A stretch of DNA of 64,000 bases from Octopus sinensis (lineage: Eukaryota), in assembly GCF_006345805.1 (NCBI RefSeq), contig NC_043013.1, positions 25,296,001 to 25,360,000 of the forward strand, in the 5' to 3' direction. The translations under genes were made by a program, and so were the position numbers. Positions within the stretch are counted from its first letter, which is position 1. Every line of letters begins with the position of its first letter. Of the stretch, positions 36,674-49,447 are shown in pieces. Under the pieces are notes generated by a model that saw only the letters and a list, made by a program, of their open reading frames with translations, was not told the origin of the DNA and did no database searches.

Positions 36674-36735
<62 letters not shown>

Positions 36736-36737
<2 letters not shown>

Positions 36738-37937
36738 GAGGTTGGACAAAATGATTGAAACACCTTAAAATTTCAAACCAATTTATTTTAATATGAGATA
36801 GGATCACCTTTGGCAGTAATTATAGCTTGAATTCTATGAGGTATGAACTCAGAGAGAGTTTGAATTGTTTCCAAAGGAATTTTTGCCCATTCTTCAGCTA
36901 AAAGAGTCTCCAGTTCTTGTAGTGATGATATTGGAGGATATTGACTCCTTACTTGTTTTTGTAAAATACATCATAAATGTTCAATAATATTGAGATCTGG
37001 GGTCTGTGGTGGCCAAATAAGATGTTCAACTTCACTAAAATTTTCCTCATGCCATTCAGTAACAACTTCAGCTGTGTTAATTGGTGCATTATCATCTTGA
37101 AAGATTGCGTTTCCCTCCAGAATCAGTTCTGCAACCATAGGATGAATTTGATCAGATAAAATGCTTAAATAGTCTTGACTATTAATTCTGCCATGAAGAG
37201 AAACTATTGGGCCAGTGGATTTCCAAGACATACCCACCCCCACAGATCATCACAGATCCTCCTCCATTTTTAACAGTTGGAAGAAAGCAGTCTGGGCCAA
37301 ATGCTTCTTTTCGCTGTCTCCATACATATACTTGGCTGGTGGTTGGAAATATGATAAAAGATGACTTGTCTGAGAAAATAACATTCTTCCACTGCTCTAG
37401 GGACCAATTCTGTAGGTTTTTACTCCACTCTTTGCAATAGCTCCCGGTGAACAGTTTTAGTGGAAATTGGGTTCTTGAGGTAGTCAGTAAGCTCTGCAGT
37501 AATTTTGGGAGCTGTACTTTTGTGATCCTTTCTAACAATTCGAGTAAGAGTCTAATGGTCCCTATCTGAAAGTTTTGGTTTTCTTCCGGAGTTTTGTTTA
37601 AACAAGGAGGTTTTTCTCTCTTTCTCAAAGGCTGTCATTACTTTTGAGACAGTACTTCCTGATACACCAAACATTTCAGCTGTTTTGGTTATGCTAGCGC
37701 TTGCCATGCGAGCACCAACAATTTGACCTGTTTGAAAGTCCAATAGATCTATCATTTTAATGAATTTTAATTGCCTTTTCCTGATGATATCTGAAAAGAA
37801 ACAGCAATTTTAGCAAAACATATTAAGAAACACTAACAATAAATCAAAAAACAAAAATAAACAAGCTTTCGATGGTTTTTAGATATTTCAAAATTATGAT
37901 GCTATGATGGTAGGTGTTTCCATTATTTTGTCCAACC

Positions 37938-37941
<4 letters not shown>
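36736..37941 (-). mobile_element. Tc1-like transposon, DD36E spacing, defective transposase
   Basis: 29-bp TIRs CAGAGGTTGGACAAAATGATTGAAACACC / GGTGTTTCCATTATTTTGTCCAACCTCTG, 1206 bp long. Transposase pieces GRKPKLS, FSDKSSF and FQDDNAP...WPPQTPDLNIIE in several frames. Confidence 0.92.
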
Positions 37942-37999
<58 letters not shown>

Positions 38000-38258
38000 C
38001 CATCATTGTTTTACGGCCGCTTTCCATGCTGGCATGGGTTGGATGGTTTGACTGGGGACTGGCGAACCAGATGGCTGCACCATGCTCAATCTGATCTGGC
38101 AAAGTTTCTACAGCTGGATGCCCTTCCTAATACCAACCACTCTGAGAGTGTAATGGGTGCTTTTACGTGCCACTGGCACGAGGGCCAGTCAGGCGGTTCT
38201 GGCAATGACATACATATATGTCCTTTCAGATACAAAAACACACACACACACACATGCA

Positions 38259-38292
<34 letters not shown>

Positions 38293-38846
38293 CTCTCTCT
38301 CTCTCTCACAAGACAATAATAAAAAGGAAATCCAAACAATTTTTCGAAAAGTGACATTTTGCTCCCCTTGGAGTAAACAGCTGGATTTGCCATTACTAAA
38401 AGCCAAGAATTATTATTGACTATCTGACCAGCTGCAAAGAGATCAACAAAAATGTTTTTTCTTTCTCTCCTTTTTCTTCCTTTCCTTCTTTTTCTTTAAC
38501 ACCTCTTTCAGATACAAAAACACACACAGACATACACACGCACACACGTACACGCACACACACACACATGCACACGCACACACACACACATGCTCTCTCT
38601 CTCTCTCACTTTCTCCCCATTCATCACCCTCTTGTACTATCTTATTTCTCTCTCCACTACTACACACTCAATAATACTATAAAAAGAGTCAAAATTCCTG
38701 CAAAAACTTAGTTCAATTTGAAGACTCCACTAGAATGGACAAAAGTGCTAATATATGATATATGGTATATGATGTATAAAAACATAGAACATACTAATAA
38801 ATATTTGTAAATATAAAACCATCCGGATTTCTGAGTACCTCATTTC

Positions 38847-38892
<46 letters not shown>

Positions 38893-41800
38893 TGTATGTA
38901 TGTATATATATGTGTGTGTGTGTATAAACACATGGGTGGGGGGTGTTTTTGTGTCTGTGTTTGTCCACCTCTTCTGCTTGACAACCAGTGTTGGTGTGTT
39001 TACATCCTTGTAACTTAGTGGTTTGGCAAAAGGGTCCAGTAAAATATATACCAGGCAATAAGCGCTGGGTTCGATTTTTTTCAACTAAAATTCTTCAAAG
39101 TAGTGCTGCAGTATGGCCACAGTCTAATGATTGAAACAAGTAGAAGTAAAAGTTAAAATTGCTCATTTTTTATCAATCATTGTTCTCCCCATCTCTCCAC
39201 CCTTCACTGACAACCTCTCTGCTTCTCTGGAAAATATATTTCCTTCCAGATGACCACCATTCTAGTGGACAGTATGTCTACGGATGTCAAAATTTTTATA
39301 TATTGTCTGTTTCTAAACAGGTTATCAGTTGGCAGTTTTGGAAGTCTATGATACTTTTTTTTTATATTTATCATGAATTAATATTTCGTTTTTAGATTTG
39401 GTTTGCAAGATTCTTTATTTGAGGTGTTGAAGCATATTCTGTTGTGTCTGGGGAGAGTCATTTTATTTTTGTGCCTTATAATGTAACACACTCACATACA
39501 TACATATATACATATGCATACACACACATATATACATACATACACAAGCAAACACACACATACATACATACGTTCATGCATGCATGTTTAGGCACACACA
39601 CACACTGACCCACACACATGCACACAAACAAACAAAAGGGAATTCAGTGTAAGTAACGGACAGAGTCAAGACTATTGAAAAGGTTGCAAAACGCAATGAA
39701 AATTTTAGGAAAATAAAAATAAGAAAAAAGTGGAAATTTTGCCGGTGAGTGTGTTACATTATAAAACACAAAAAGAAAATGACTTCTCCAGACACAACAT
39801 GAATTAATATTGTTTTCCTCTTTATTAACAAGCTGAGTATTCATTCTTGATTCTTAAGTCACCACTCTTCAAATCCACTTCCTCTTCTCCTTCCTTTTCC
39901 ACCTCTCACCCTCTTCCTCTTTCTACTCCTCCTCTTTGCCCTTCCCCCTCCATATCAACATGGATTGCACGAGGTCTATTAAAAGCAGTATGTAGTGTCT
40001 GAATGCTCTTCCTGATGCAAACCATCACTCGTTTTTAAGTAAAACATTTTAACCTGCAGCTTTACAATGTTGCACTGCCAAGCTACCAGACTTATTTTTG
40101 TTTATGGGAGATATAAACATGTTAATGCAACCCAAGTGCTGTCACTGCAATGATGCACATACAAACAGCACATGCATGCACATGTGTATAAACACACACA
40201 AGAGACTGCAATGCTACTTCCATCTGTTGACAATATTTTGTTCCCACGGCATTGGTCAATCCGAGGCTAAAGTTGTCAAGGTGTGGGATCAAAACCTCAA
40301 CCTCGTGGTTGTTCAGCAAATTTCTCAACCACACAGTAATGCCTGCACCGATAGTCATCTTTATCAATGTTTCTGATAAAGCACCATGAATAATGGTAAA
40401 CTACCTTACTCTAAAATTGGTATTTTTTTCAGTTCTTAGCAGTTCTAGGAACCTTCTGACTGTGTAGAAGCTACTTAGTAATTGCTGATAGGAACACCAG
40501 ATTTTATTTTGCAACCATAATGTATAAAGTATGTTAAAGACTTATACATCAATATTGTATCCTACCTGTGTTAGCAGTGCAATTCAATTACCTTTTAAAG
40601 TTATCTCTATCAATTTTCTATAGAAATTAGGGCCATTTCCTATTTTTCTATCATTGAGTGCATTGTTTACATAGGTGTATTCGTATATGAAACATTATAA
40701 CCTTCTGTGCTGTCTCTAATTTCTATAGAAAGTCTGTAAGAGAGAACTTTAAAAAGAAGTTACTTATGTTCTGGTAGAATATTTTTTTGATGTTCACATC
40801 AAATGTGTTCTTGCAGAAGAAGTAACCAAGGTTTTCCTAACACTTTAACCACATTGTGCACCATATACAGTACACTGGTAACTGTCCCAACCGGCATCGT
40901 GCAACACTATTGGTACACAGTATAAATTAAAAAAAATTTTTTTTAACTGATACTTTAATGAACTCAATCGTTATTATACATGATTTATGTTTTAGAAATG
41001 AAGGATGATAACAAGATTTGGCAAATTTATAACATATATTCCTGTTTTGTTATCAAAGCTTATCAATAATAATAAAGAAAAATAAGTAATAAGAAAAAGC
41101 AAGTGAACAAGATGCTGGTGAGGCTGAATGGCTAAACTCAGAGATGCATTTAAAGTGCTAAGTAGAAGCAAGCTCATGCCAGCCATTGCCAAGGTTTCTA
41201 TCATTGGACAGGGATTCTGTTAAGGTGCCCAGAGTCAGCTTCAGAGTCTGGTTTATGTGTTATGGTCAGTCTCACTCAGAAATGGGCTGAGAAAAAAAAC
41301 TGTTCTTGAAAGGTCAGTCGGAAGTGACTGATACCTTTGTAACTTTGATCGTATAATATCTTTTGACCCAAGAAGCACCTGAACACGTGTTGTTTATTCA
41401 CATACTAATGTAATAGTAAAAATTATGACATTCGTTCCCAAGAGTGCTCATTTTCATTCAAAAATCTTGCTTTCTTTCCTTGTGCCTGCCTGCCTGTCTG
41501 TCTGTCTTTCTGCCTGTCTGCCTATCTGTCTGTCTCTCTCTCTTTACTTTCTCTCACTCATTCTCATACATAGAGATATATAGATGCAAACATATGGACA
41601 AAATAAACACACATCATGCATTTTTCAGGCAAGTTTCATACCTACCCAACAATGTGGGGTACCTCAATCCCACCAAGACTTTGGAGGTAGATCTTGCGGG
41701 CAATTATTAAAAGAATTATTTTTTGTCTGTCTGTCTGTCTCTATGTATGTCTGTTCATATATTTATTTGTTTGCTTGCCTATTTTTAAATATATATATAT

Positions 41801-42067
41801 ATATATATATATCATCATCATCACTATCATCATCATCGTTTAACATCTGCTTTCCATGCAGGCATGGGCTGGATGGTTTGACTGAGGGCAAGCAAGCCAA
41901 AAGGCTGCACCAGGCTCCAATCTGATATGGCAAAGTTTCTACAGCTGGGTGCCCTTCCTAACACCAGCCACTGGGAGAGTGTAGTGGGTGCATTTTACGT
42001 GCCACCGGCATGAGGGCCAGTCAGGCGGTACTGGCATCGACCGCACTCAAATGGTGCTTTTTACGTG

Positions 42068-42099
<32 letters not shown>

Positions 42100-42119
42100 A
42101 TATATTGTACACTACCATC

Positions 42120-42620
42120 TTTGTTTTCATGGTCAACTTTGGGCTTGTCCACACTCTTGATGTGAGGCACGCGAGTGTAGTGGCTGCCTTCCCAATTCTC
42201 TTGTCAATCTCGGCATCGAGAGAGAGGTTGTCAGGTGAATTGATGAACAACTTCAAGTTCGTAGTCATCGACAGAGGAACAAGAGCCACCTGCAGCTGAG
42301 GTACAAGAACGTGTGCAGGAGGGACATGAAGGCACTCAGCATCAACATCAACTCCTGGGAGGACCTGGCAACAGACCGCACCTGGTGGAAAAGCACACTT
42401 CTCAAACAGCTACGGATTGGTGATGAGAAGCTGTCAGCTGCAGCTGCAGTAAAGCGAGCCTGACGTAAGGGATCAAAAGCTGACAGACCAGAATCCACAC
42501 ACAGATGCGATCTATGCAACTGAGACTATCATTCTTGCATCAGTCTCCATAGCCACAAGAGGTGCTACTCAAGTTGAGTGGCCTAGCCTAGACAATAAAT
42601 GGATGGATGTGATACCCACG
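42120..42620. mobile_element. RTE-type LINE fragment with inverted 5' part
   Basis: 42120-42285 (-) encodes EIDKRIGKAATTLACLTSRVW...KTKMVVY. 42285-42620 (+) encodes QLRYKNVCRRDMKAL...HRCDLCN...HSHKRC, the C-terminal part of the same type of ORF. Confidence 0.65.
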
Positions 42621-42651
42621 GTTGGCCATGACCAAAGGTGCCAAAGAATAG

Positions 42652-42709
<58 letters not shown>

Positions 42710-42952
42710 CATCAGCTATTTGAGAACAAAACTTTAAGAACCATAAGTGACCCAATTTTTTTACTAAATATGCTCTATTTTCTAGTTCAACTTAGAAACT
42801 TAGAATCTAATGCAGACAATGAAAAGGCATGTTGTTCTTGTCACCTCAGCCATCAACCACAGTAATTCTGAAATTGCAACCTTCTTAAATGTCACCGAGT
42901 CCTTTGTCTTTAAGATCAGGAAAGAACTCCTGGCCTCTGATGAGAATGTATC

Positions 42953-43368
42953 TGTAGTGATGCTACTGTGTAGGGTTCGGCGCGCATGCGCAGAATGGGA
43001 CTACTTCCGGGTGGCCACCGGAAGTCTTCCCCATGCGCATGTGCGGGAAAACATCTCTCGAGCCCGCGAACCTCAAATCGCCCTCTTCGGCTCAAGACAG
43101 CACTGCGATCGGTCACGGTTTTCCTGGCTCTGACAGCCACACACCAGCTTCAACCAACTTCAACCAACCTCAACGACCAACACCAGCAGTATCTCAGAGG
43201 CTGTCTATTCCCCCATCAGACAACGTACAACCATGAATCAATAAACCAAGTTGTCTGTTCACCTTTAACCTGAGTTTCGTCTGTTTGTTTTCTACAAGAA
43301 TTTTTGTATGTGACTAGAAGGATCTCGACACCCTGCCAGTGTTCGATGATAGATCCTTTCACGTTACA
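42953..43368 (+). repeat. 5' LTR (416 bp)
   Basis: TGTAGTGATG...CGTTACA. Differs from the 3' LTR by one substitution and three single-base indels. AATAAA at 43240. Confidence 0.97.
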
Positions 43369-43370
43369 AT

Positions 43371-43380
43371 TGGTGACCCC
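43371..43380 (+). other. Primer-binding site, tRNA-Trp type
   Basis: TGGTGACCCC 2 nt after the LTR, complementary to the 3' end GGGGTCACCA of eukaryotic tRNA-Trp. Confidence 0.8.
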
Positions 43381-43743
43381 TAGTTGAGAAAAAGAACAGG
43401 ATAGAAGAAGACACAGCGAACAGGTTTTTTTTGGGGCCGAAGAGCGCGGAAATTCACATTATTTTCCTATTTTCTCCTTTTCAGCACGGCGAGGTGGGTC
43501 AAATAACCTTATTCATCGCACACAGTACAAAAAAAAAAAAAGAAAAAGAAAAACACACACACATTCATTTTTTTTCCTTTTCTGTATTTTGTTTTCCTTG
43601 TACACACTTATTCCTTTTTTTTGCTACCCACGAGGTGCACACACAAACACAATTTTGAATTGCCTTCTCGGTTCCACGTGTTCTCTCTCCGTTTCTCGAC
43701 CATACCTTCTGCCCCCTTCTCACAGACTCCTTCCGACAAAGGC

Positions 43744-44479
43744 ATGGCTTCAGGTTTGCCTTCATTTACGGGGGATGCGGGGCTGTGGTTTGCACAGGTG
43801 GAATCACACTTTGCCGCGCATACCATTCCGCCACAACAGCAGTTACATCTACTGTTTTCAAGTTTGCCCTCCCGGCTCGCAACATCGGTCAGGGATCTCA
43901 TTGTGAGTCCCCATCCTGACGCCACATATGCGTCAGTAAAGGCGGAGATCCTCCGTCGCAACACGCGCTCAGAGGAATGTCAGTTTAATGAACTGATGGC
44001 CGACGAGCAGTTAGGGGACAGAACTCCATCCCAATTTCTGCGCCATCTAAGAGAGCTAAGCGGCAACGCCGCTGACGCGCCGCTCTTACGTAAGATATTT
44101 TTCTCAAGGCTGCCTGCCCACGTGCAGACAATGTTGGCCACGGCACTGGATGCTGTGTCTGTGGACCAGATCGCCACGATGGCCGACAAAGTGTTGGAGT
44201 TTTCGCGCCCATCTCCCTCGCGGGGCCTGTACGCATGTACAGAGCCCCCCCGACACCTCCGACGAACGATAAACTGGCCGAGAACATCGACGCGCTTACG
44301 CGGAGGATCGATGATCTGTGCCGTGCGTGGATCGACGCAATCTCGTAGTCGTAGTAGCTCTATTTCGCAGTCGGAGTGACTCTGTTTCTCGTTCCGGCTG
44401 GTGCTGGTACCATTCGAGATATGCCGAAAAGGCAGATCGGTGTACCCAGCCGTGCACTTTCAAGCCCTCGGAAAACTAA
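43744..44479 (+). CDS. gag: Gypsy gag (frameshifted as assembled)
   Basis: MASGLPSFTGDAGLWFAQVESHF...LGDRTPSQFLRHLREL...RLP, then RSRS-rich and CWYHSRYAEKADRCTQPC knuckle segments across three frame changes. Confidence 0.85.
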
Positions 44480-47400
44480 TCCGGAGGAGGTGAGCACGTC
44501 ACCTTCTTCCATCTCGTTTCCCAAACATCGTGCATTCTATGTAAAAGATCTGGTGTCGGAGAAATTCTTCATGGTAGACACCGGCTCCTGTTGCAGCATC
44601 TGGCCCCTTCGTCTGGCTGCAGACAAGCCCAAGCGCTCTTCGATTGTCTTGCATGCTATTGACTCGTCTCCCATAACCACTTACGGTCAGATTTCGCTGC
44701 GCCTCGACCTCAACCTTCGTCGAGACTTTCGATGGGTTTTCGTCATCGCTGACATCACGCATCCTATTCTCGGCGCTGATTTCCTGGATAGGTTTAACCT
44801 ATTGGTGGATGTCAGGCGTCGGAGGCTTCTTGATAGCACGACGTCGCTCTCTACACCGACTGGGAGTTCCACCACTGCGGTCCTTAGCCCGACATTCTTT
44901 GTTGCCACCTCTGGAGACCCTTTTCACTCTCTTTGGTTTCATTTCCGGAGCTAGTGGACATTGCCTTTAAACCGGAAAATCCCACCCACTCGACCCTCCA
45001 TTTCATCACCACCAATGGGCCACCTGTATTCTCACGCCCCCGGCGCCTAGCGCCAGACCGACTTAAAACGGCCAGAGCCGAGTTTGAGCACATGCTTCAA
45101 CTTGGCCTTATACGCCCCTCCACCAGCCCATGGGCATCTCCCCTTCATTTGGCGCGAAAGGGCGAGTCTGATTTTCGCCCGGTTGGAGACTATCGACGCC
45201 TCAATGCCGTCACAATAGCCGATCGCTATCCGATTAGAAATCTCCGGGACTTTACAGCAAATCTCCATGGTTGTACCATTTTTTCGAAGGTCGATCTGAT
45301 ACGCGCTTACCACCAAATACCGGTCAACCCAGCCGACGTTCCAAAAACTGCAATCACTACCCCGTTTGGGTGTTTTGAGTTTTTGTACATGAGTTTCGGT
45401 TTGCGGAATGCTACTAGCACCTTCCAGCGTTTCATTGATGAGGTTGTCCGCGGTCTTGATTTTGTGTTTGCCTATGTCGATGACATACTCATTGCGAGCG
45501 ACACACGAGAAAATCATCTCCGGCACCTTTCTCAACTCTTCCAGCGTCTTCGCGCGTATAGCATACGCATAAACCCCGACAAGTGTGTTTTCGGACGCTC
45601 TTCCCTAGATTTTCTAGGGCATCATATTGATTCGACTGGAATCAGCCCCCTCTCGTCAAAAGTCGATGCCATTCAACGCATCGCACCCCCCACTTCCTTG
45701 CGCCAGCTCAGGCATTATCTAGGGATGGTCAATTTCTACCGACGCTTCATTCCCGGTTGTGCAGATAAGCTGCTACCTCTCACCAGGCTGTTAAAGGACT
45801 CTCCTAGAAAGGACAGTCAAGTCACCCTCTCTGTTGAGGCAGTGACAGCCTTTGAGTCCATTAAGAAGGAGCTGGCTTCTGTTTCTTTGCTTGCACATCC
45901 AGTTCCTGGTGCTTCTCTCTCTTTGACTGTGGACGCATCGGACACTGCGATTGGCGCTGTGTTACAACACACAGTGGATGACCATGTTCGACCTCTAGCC
46001 TTCTTTTCCCGTCAACTGCAACCAGCTGAACGACGATACAGCACCTTTGATCGTGAGCTCCTAGCGATCTATCTATCGGTTCGTCATTTCCAGCATCAAC
46101 TTGAAGGGCGAGATTTTGTGATCTATACGGATCACAAGCCCCTTACGTTTGCCCTGTTTTCAAAAACGGACAAACTCTCACCCCGTGCTTTTCGGCACCT
46201 GGATTTTATCTCTCAATTTACTAGCAACATTCGACACATACCTGGAAAAGAGAACGTTCCTGCTGACGCTCTCTCTCGCCTTCCAGTTTGCGCCCTTTCG
46301 TCTCCTGCTGCTATCGACTTAGCTGCCATATCGCAGGAGCAGCCACCTTTGGCGTCGTTAGATTTAACTTCTCCCAAGTTCTCCTGTTGCCAGTTTTCCT
46401 ACCTTCCGCTTCCGTCAGCCGAAGGCACCATTCTTTGTGACACTTCAACTGGATCTCCCAGGCCACTGGTGCCTGAGACCCATCAACGCTCAGTGTTTGA
46501 AGCACTGCACTCCTTATCACATCCTGGCATCGCTGCCACCCTCAAACTAATCACTGCTCGGTTTTTCTGGCCGAATATGCGTCGCACAATTACTTGTTGG
46601 ACACGCACCTGCTCCAAGTGTCAACGATCCAAGATTCAACGGCACGTTCGTGCCCCGCTTGGACAATTTCCCCCCACGGAGGCCCGTTTTCGCCATGTCC
46701 ACATCGATCTGGTTGGACCATGGCCTGTGAGTCGCGGGTTCTCTTATCTATTAACTTGTGTCGATCGTTTCTCCCGCTGGCCAGAAGCCATTCCGATAGC
46801 AGACATTTCTGCTGAGACTGTTGCGCGAGCTTTCGTTTCAAACTGGATTTCTCGCTTCGGAGTCCCGTCCCGATTGACAACTGATCGTGGACGACAGTTT
46901 GAGGCCTCGCTATTTCGCGAATTGTCGCGAATTTTGGGTATGCACCATATCCACACCACAAGCTACCATCCAGCGTCTAATGGATTGGTTGAGCGGTTCC
47001 ATAGACAGCTCAAGGCCGCTCTTCGTGCCTCTTCGGACCCACAGTCCTGGATCGAATTTCTGCCCATTGTGCTTCTCGGCTGTCGGACTGCTGTCAAGGC
47101 AGACCTGGGGTTTTCTGCTGCAGAGCTGCTGTATGGTACCACACTGGCATTGCCCGGTACGATGTTGGTGCCAGACACTTCCCCGCCCCATGATCCGGCG
47201 ACCTATGTCACCAGACTGCGGGAATATTTTTCAAACCTTCCGCCCATGCTTCCCAGAAAGCAATCTCCACCGTCCCATCTTCACCGGATATGAACACCTG
47301 GTCGCATGTTTTTGTTCGGGACGATTCTGTGAAGGGCCCACTTGTTTCTCCCTATAAAGGACCTTTTCGTGTGCTTTCTCGCACACCAAAGGTTTTCACG

Positions 47401-47697
47401 ATTGAGATAAATGGTCGTTCGGAGACCGTTTCCGTGGACCGTTTAAAAAAGGCACATTTTGAGACGTCTTCATCTTTTGATGACAACCTTGACACACCCA
47501 CCTATGCACCTTTAACAACACTTTCACCTGCACAAACGCCTTCACCTGCACAAACGCCTTCACCTGCACAAACACCTTCACCGGCTCCTACAACACCACC
47601 CTCGCCGTCAACGGGTGCCCCGAGCACACCGTATGTTACAAAATCGGGCAGAACAGTGCATTGGCCCAAGAAACTTTCAAAAACAATTTACATTTAA
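44480..47697 (+). CDS. pol: Gypsy pol: protease, RT, RNase H, integrase (two frame breaks as assembled)
   Basis: VDTGS protease; WASPLHL, DYRRLN, YHQI and YVDD (RT); DASD and TDHKPL (RNase H); H-H-C-C, HIDL, TDRG and NGLVERF (IN); YKGPF motif. No chromodomain. Confidence 0.95.
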
Positions 47698-47821
47698 CTT
47701 TAAAATGTTTCTTATTGTATAATAGTATGTACCAAGTCTTCTGGGGATCGGCAAGCCTTCTGTTTTCTGCAGCACCACCACAATATTCTGGTTGCCGTAC
47801 TTCGCACTCGGAGGGGAGCCC

Positions 47822-48238
47822 TGTAGTGATGCTACTGTGTAGGGTTCGGCGCGCATGCGCAGAATGGGACTACTTCCGGGTGGCCACCGGAAGTCTTCCC
47901 CATGCGCATGTGCGGGAAAACATCTCTCGAGCCCGCGAACCTCAAATCGCTCTCTTCGGCTCAAGACAGCACTGCGATCGGTCACGGTTTTCCTGGCTCT
48001 GACAGCCACACACCAGCTTCAACCAACTTCAACCAACCTCAACGACCAACACCAGCAGTATCTCAGAGGCTGTCTATTCCCCCATCAGACAACGTACAAC
48101 CATGAATCAATAAACCAAGTTGTCTGTTCACCTTTAACCTGAGTTTCGTCTGTTTTTTTCTACAAGAATTTTTGTATGTGACTAGAAAGGATCTCGACAC
48201 CCTGCCAGTGTTTCGATGATAGATCCTTTCACGTTACA
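47822..48238 (+). repeat. 3' LTR (417 bp)
   Basis: Preceded by the polypurine tract GGAGGGGAG (~47810-47818). Confidence 0.97.
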
Positions 48239-49378
48239 TATCTTTCATGGCCAAATGTGAAAAAAGCATTTTTGATATTCAGAAAAGCTGGATTTGTCCT
48301 GCTAGTCTATAGCATCATCAATGAGAATCATGGTAAGTCAATGAGAACCATTGCCAAATATTTTTGTGGGTTGTAGATGATGAGATGTGTGGTGCTCAAA
48401 CACATCAAGTACAAATTCTTTGTTATTTGAAGGCAGTTCATGTCTGATAAGAACTGAGAGAACAGTGTGGTTGGCCAAAGCACTTGTTGAACAAATGCAA
48501 GCACCAGAGAGAGTCCATGCTCTGATTTTTCTCAGGAGGAAAGAATTTTATCCCAAATCAAAAAATGGACAAGAGGAATGACAGATGGCTGTTCACTATG
48601 CCAACCCCACAGAAGGCCTTCTGTTATGTATACCAAGTTCCATCGTCAGTGATGGTCTTGCAGGTATGTCAAGGGCCATGTCATACCTCTTCACTTTTCC
48701 CACAACTTAGGATCAATGCAGTAGCCTATATTGAGACAATGCAGATGGTTGTCAAACCCTGCACTGAGAGAAAGTTGCTCAAAGGAGGCTATACATGTTC
48801 CAGCAAGGTTCTATTCTCCCTCATACAACCTACACGACCCAGAAGCGGATGACCAAAAGTTTTCATGATTATGTTACTCTAAACATTTGGCCTCCTAGCT
48901 CTCCTGATTAAAATCCCCATAACTACTATAACTGGGACATCATTGAGAGGGAGACCAATAAGCATGTCAACAATACCAAGGACTCGTTGATGCCTCTAAT
49001 ATGGGAGGTTATGACTGACAAGAATAAAGATCACCTGATCAATGCATTTAGTCATTTCAGAAGCCATGTTGAGTCAGTTATTGAGGCTGATGGTAATTTT
49101 ATTGAATAGCCTTTTGCAATATGCATATAAGAATATGTGGACCAAATTCTATAAAAATATATTGAGTTTTCCAAAAATATTTTTGTTTTCCTTAAATTAA
49201 AATTTTGTTTTTGGATAGCTGATGGACTATGTGTGTGTGTGCGTGTATGCACACGTGTGTGTATAAATATGTCTGAGTGTGCGTGTGTGTGTATAAATGC
49301 GTTTGTGTGCGTGTAAACATATATGTGTGTGTATATATATATATCTGTCTATCTATCTATCTATCCATCCATCCATCC

Positions 49379-49447
<69 letters not shown>

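Larger units (their letters stand above)
42953..48238 (+). mobile_element. Full-length Ty3/Gypsy LTR retrotransposon
   Basis: TG...CA LTRs, 4-bp TSD TATC (42949-42952 and 48239-48242), PBS, PPT, gag, and pol in PR-RT-RH-IN order. Confidence 0.98.
42710..49210 (+). pseudogene. Decayed DD37D-like mariner, split by the Gypsy insertion
   Basis: N-terminus MKRHVVLV...SEIATFLNVTESFVFKIRKEL before 42952. C-terminal WPPSSPD*NP..YY..IIERETNK at ~48885-48970. Related to the 2780-3641 element. Confidence 0.65.
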
